In this document: piece by piece, positions 60,961-64,000 of the stretch | Numbering within the stretch: the first letter of the stretch is position 1 | Layout of the letters: the number at the start of each line of letters is the position of its first letter | Assembly: GCA_002269645.1 (NCBI GenBank) | Contig: NIVC01001994.1 | Span: 151,173-215,172, forward strand | From: Macrostomum lignano | Taxonomy: Eukaryota | DNA: 64,000 nucleotides | Reading direction: 5' to 3' | Notes under the pieces: generated by a model | Told to the model about the DNA's origin: nothing | The model's input: only the letters and a program-made list of their open reading frames with translations | The model's database searches: none | Translations under genes and position numbers: made by a program

Positions 60961-61797
60961 ATGGTTGGGGTACCAGTGCATCCAGTCAAATTAAATCCTG
61001 CAATCAAAGACAATACTCACACTTCATTTGCGCGCCAAAAATATTATCAGATTAATCGAGATCAACAAGAATTTCACTAGCAAAGCTGGTCGAGAGAGGA
61101 CTCTAGCAATGATTTATAGCTTTCGTAACAGCGACAGAACCGGCACTGCGACTGGACTCAAACCGCTTCCTATTTTAATACCCAACCGAGTCGGCTTTTC
61201 CTCTCATCATTTTTTCTTCCCTACTAATGCTACAACAATCTCCAATGGCAACAACTACAGCCAGCCAATCAGAGAGCGCACAAAGGTTGGCTACAGAGTG
61301 GTGTATGGGATGAGATCTGAGGCGCCTACTCAGCCGCAAGCATATACAATATACAACACAATACAATTCAGAGATGCCGGTTTTTTTACATTTCCAGCAA
61401 TAATTAATAATTCATAAAGCTATACAGATGAGTATTAGACTTAGACCATAATCTGCGCCGATGATAGGGTGGGGCGCTATAAAAAGATAAAAGATGAGAG
61501 AGAATTAGAAATTTAGCACGAACCCCCGGAACCCCGGGGCGAAGAACAATATCATAGCGGAGTGGATCCCTGAATGCCCCTGTATAATTATCTACTCCAA
61601 GCAAGTATAGCGAAGCTAGTGGCTGGCTGCAATATGCAACTGGCTCATCGTTTCTTTTTGGATTGCCGACTATATTCGTTCCAACTCTGTTGCCATCAAG
61701 TTTCTGTGCAGGCGAAAGGTTTCTCCTTTTTTTAAACAAAAATGCCATTTTGACGGAACTTTTCAAAAGACCATTTTTTCGAGCAACGGGCCTAAGA

Positions 61798-63160
61798 TCT
61801 GGGAGGCTGGCCTAAGCAACTGACACTGTGGGAGGCTGGCCCAAGCAACTGACACTGTGGGAGGCTGGCCTAAGCAACTGACACTGTGGGAGGCTGGCCC
61901 AAGCAACTGACACTGTGGGAGGCTGGCCTAAGCAACTGACACTGTGGGAGGCTGGCCCAGCAACTGACACTGTGGGAGGCTGGCCCAGCAACTGACACTG
62001 TGGGAGGCTGGCCCAGCAACTGACACTGTGGGAGGCTGGCCCAGCAACTGACACTGTGGGAGGCTGGCCAGCAACTGACACTGTGGAGGCTGGCCCAGCA
62101 ACTGACACTGTGGGAGGCTGGCCCAGCAACTGAGGATCTGGGAGGCTGACCCAGCAACTGACACTGTGGGAGGCTGGCCCAGCAACTGACACTGTGGGAG
62201 GCTGGCCCAGCAACTGACACTGTGGGAGGCTGGCCCAAGCAACTGACACTGTGGGAGGCTGGCCCAACTGACACTGTGGGAGGCTGGCCCAGCAACTGAC
62301 ACTGTGGGAGGCTGGCCCAAGCAACTGACACTGTGGGAGGCTGGCCTAAGCAACTGACACTGTGGGAGGCTGGCCCAGCAACTGACACTGTGGGAGGCTG
62401 GCCAGCAACTGACACTGTGGGAGGCTGGCCCAGCAACTGACACTGTGGGAGGCTGGCCCAGCAACTGAGGATCTGGGAGGCTGGCCTAAGCAACTGACAC
62501 TGTGGGAGGCTGGCCTAAGCAACTGACACTGTGGGAGGCTGGCCCAGCAACTGACACTGTGGAGGCTGGCCCAGCAACTGACACTGTGGGAGGCTGGCCC
62601 AGCAACTGACACTGTGGGAGGCTGGCCAGCAACTGACACTGTGGAGGCTGGCCCAGCAACTGACACTGTGGGAGGCTGGCCCAGCAACTGACACTGTGGG
62701 AGGCTGGCCCAGCAACTGACACTGTGGGAGGCTGGCCCAGCAACTGACACTGTGGGAGGCTGGCCCAGCAACTGACACTGTGGGAGGCTGGCCCAGCAAC
62801 TGACACTGTGGGAGGCTGGCCCAAGCAACTGACACTGTGGGAGGCTGGCCCAGCAACTGACACTGTGGGAGGCTGGCCCAGCAACTGACACTGTGGGGGC
62901 TGGCCCAGCAACTGAGAATCTGGGAGGCTGACCAGCAACTGACACTCTGGGAGGCTGGCCCAGCAACTGACACTGTGGGAGGCTGGCCCTGCAACTGACA
63001 CTGTGGGAGGCTGGCCCTGCAACTGACACTGTGGGAGGCTGACCCAGCAACTGAGGATCTGGGAGGCTGGCCCAGCAACTGACACTGTGGGAGGCTGACC
63101 CAGCAACTGAGGATCTGGAGGCTGGCTGGCCCAGCAACTGAGGATCTGGGAGGCTGATCT
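61798..63160. repeat. 27-29-bp minisatellite
   Basis: CTGACACTGTGGGAGGCTGGCCCAGCAA. Confidence 0.9.
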
Positions 63161-63719
63161 GGGAGTAGAGGTAAAAAATGACAGACAAAACAATTTTTAA
63201 ATCTTTTTTTGAATTATATAAGAGAGAGCTTTGGTCAGATAAACTACACACGAATTGAGTTTATTACAAAAATAATAAAAACGCTTAGCAGCTACTGTAA
63301 GTAGAAATGCGCAAATATAGTGTGTGCTGCCAGAACAGAAAAATGAGCCATCGAGTGCTTAAGGGTTTAGTGAAAGAAAGTCAAATGGATTTATTCTACT
63401 TCCAGTAGCAAATGATAACCGAAATTATTTTTATTCTGCTTACAAAAGATGATGTAATAGGAAAAATGCAAAAGGAACACAGAACAACAAGAAAACACGA
63501 TGAGGGTATGATTAAATTTACAGTACGCTCGTAGCAAGTGTCTATAAAATGAAAATAGCTATCGCAATAAACACAGAGAGAAACGACCAGAGTCATTAGT
63601 AAAGAAGAGACGAAAGCATCCCAGCAACCAAAAACATTCTAGGTACCAAAGAAGATTTTAGTGATTAAAACTTATGACAGTTGCAACCTGATCGACCTAA
63701 GCAAATGAATTAGCACTAA

Positions 63720-64000
63720 AAAGAATCCCCTAGCAACTAAAGAAGAATCACACTAGCAACTAAAGAAGAATCACACTAGCACTAAAGAAGAATCACACTA
63801 GCAACTAAAGAAGAATCACACTAGCAACTAAAGAAGAATCACACTAGCAACTAAAGAAGCGCCCTAGCAACTAAAAAAGATTTATCTTAGCAACTAAAGA
63901 AGAATCACTCTAGCAACTGAAGAAGAATCACCCTAGCAACTAAAGAAGCGCCCTAGCAACTAAAGATTCACCTTAGCAACTAAAGAATCACCCTAGCAAC
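63720..64000. repeat. 23-bp minisatellite (runs off window)
   Basis: CTAGCAACTAAAGAAGAATCACA. Confidence 0.85.

Noticed and set aside
61028-61766. Two non-repetitive ORFs of 120-129 aa on opposite strands
   Set aside because: No motif, alternative start codons, no convincing splice partners.
21815-63160. Recurrent TGAC/GTCA core in many unrelated minisatellites
   Set aside because: A 4-mer on either strand is expected in a substantial share of 20-30-bp units; enrichment cannot be shown without a computed null.
61812-63251. Stacked 170-300-aa ORFs
   Set aside because: Translations of the 27-29-bp minisatellite.

Overview
Animal (intron-containing) genomic DNA, very rich in tandem repeats; the style is compatible with a free-living flatworm such as Macrostomum, but that is inference only. 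I reconstructed spliced genes by hand from GT-AG sites and reading-frame continuity. (1) Two near-identical Mx-like dynamin-family GTPase genes in inverted, tail-to-tail arrangement (5384-8636 +, 652 aa; 12207-15781 -, 648 aa), both with an unusual G4 motif (TCPD instead of TKxD). (2) A small single-pass membrane protein (24668-25129 +). (3) A MAP4K3/5-type kinase-CNH gene (32256-45817 -) with candidate micro-exons. (4) A prohormone-4/IDLSRF-like LDLa-domain secreted protein (51043-57936 -) with an apparent 1-nt frameshift. Mobile DNA: a CACTA/EnSpm element (intact 851-aa transposase plus a second gene missed by the ORF track) inserted in a mariner remnant that is itself in an Mx intron, a decayed RTE-type LINE carrying a hAT-type MITE, a PIF/Harbinger derivative inside a SINE, and two SINE families. 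About 30 unrelated micro/minisatellites fill introns and intergenic DNA and generate most long ORFs in the track. No rRNA, CRISPR array or convincing functional tRNA. Family assignments rest on motifs recalled from memory, not database searches.
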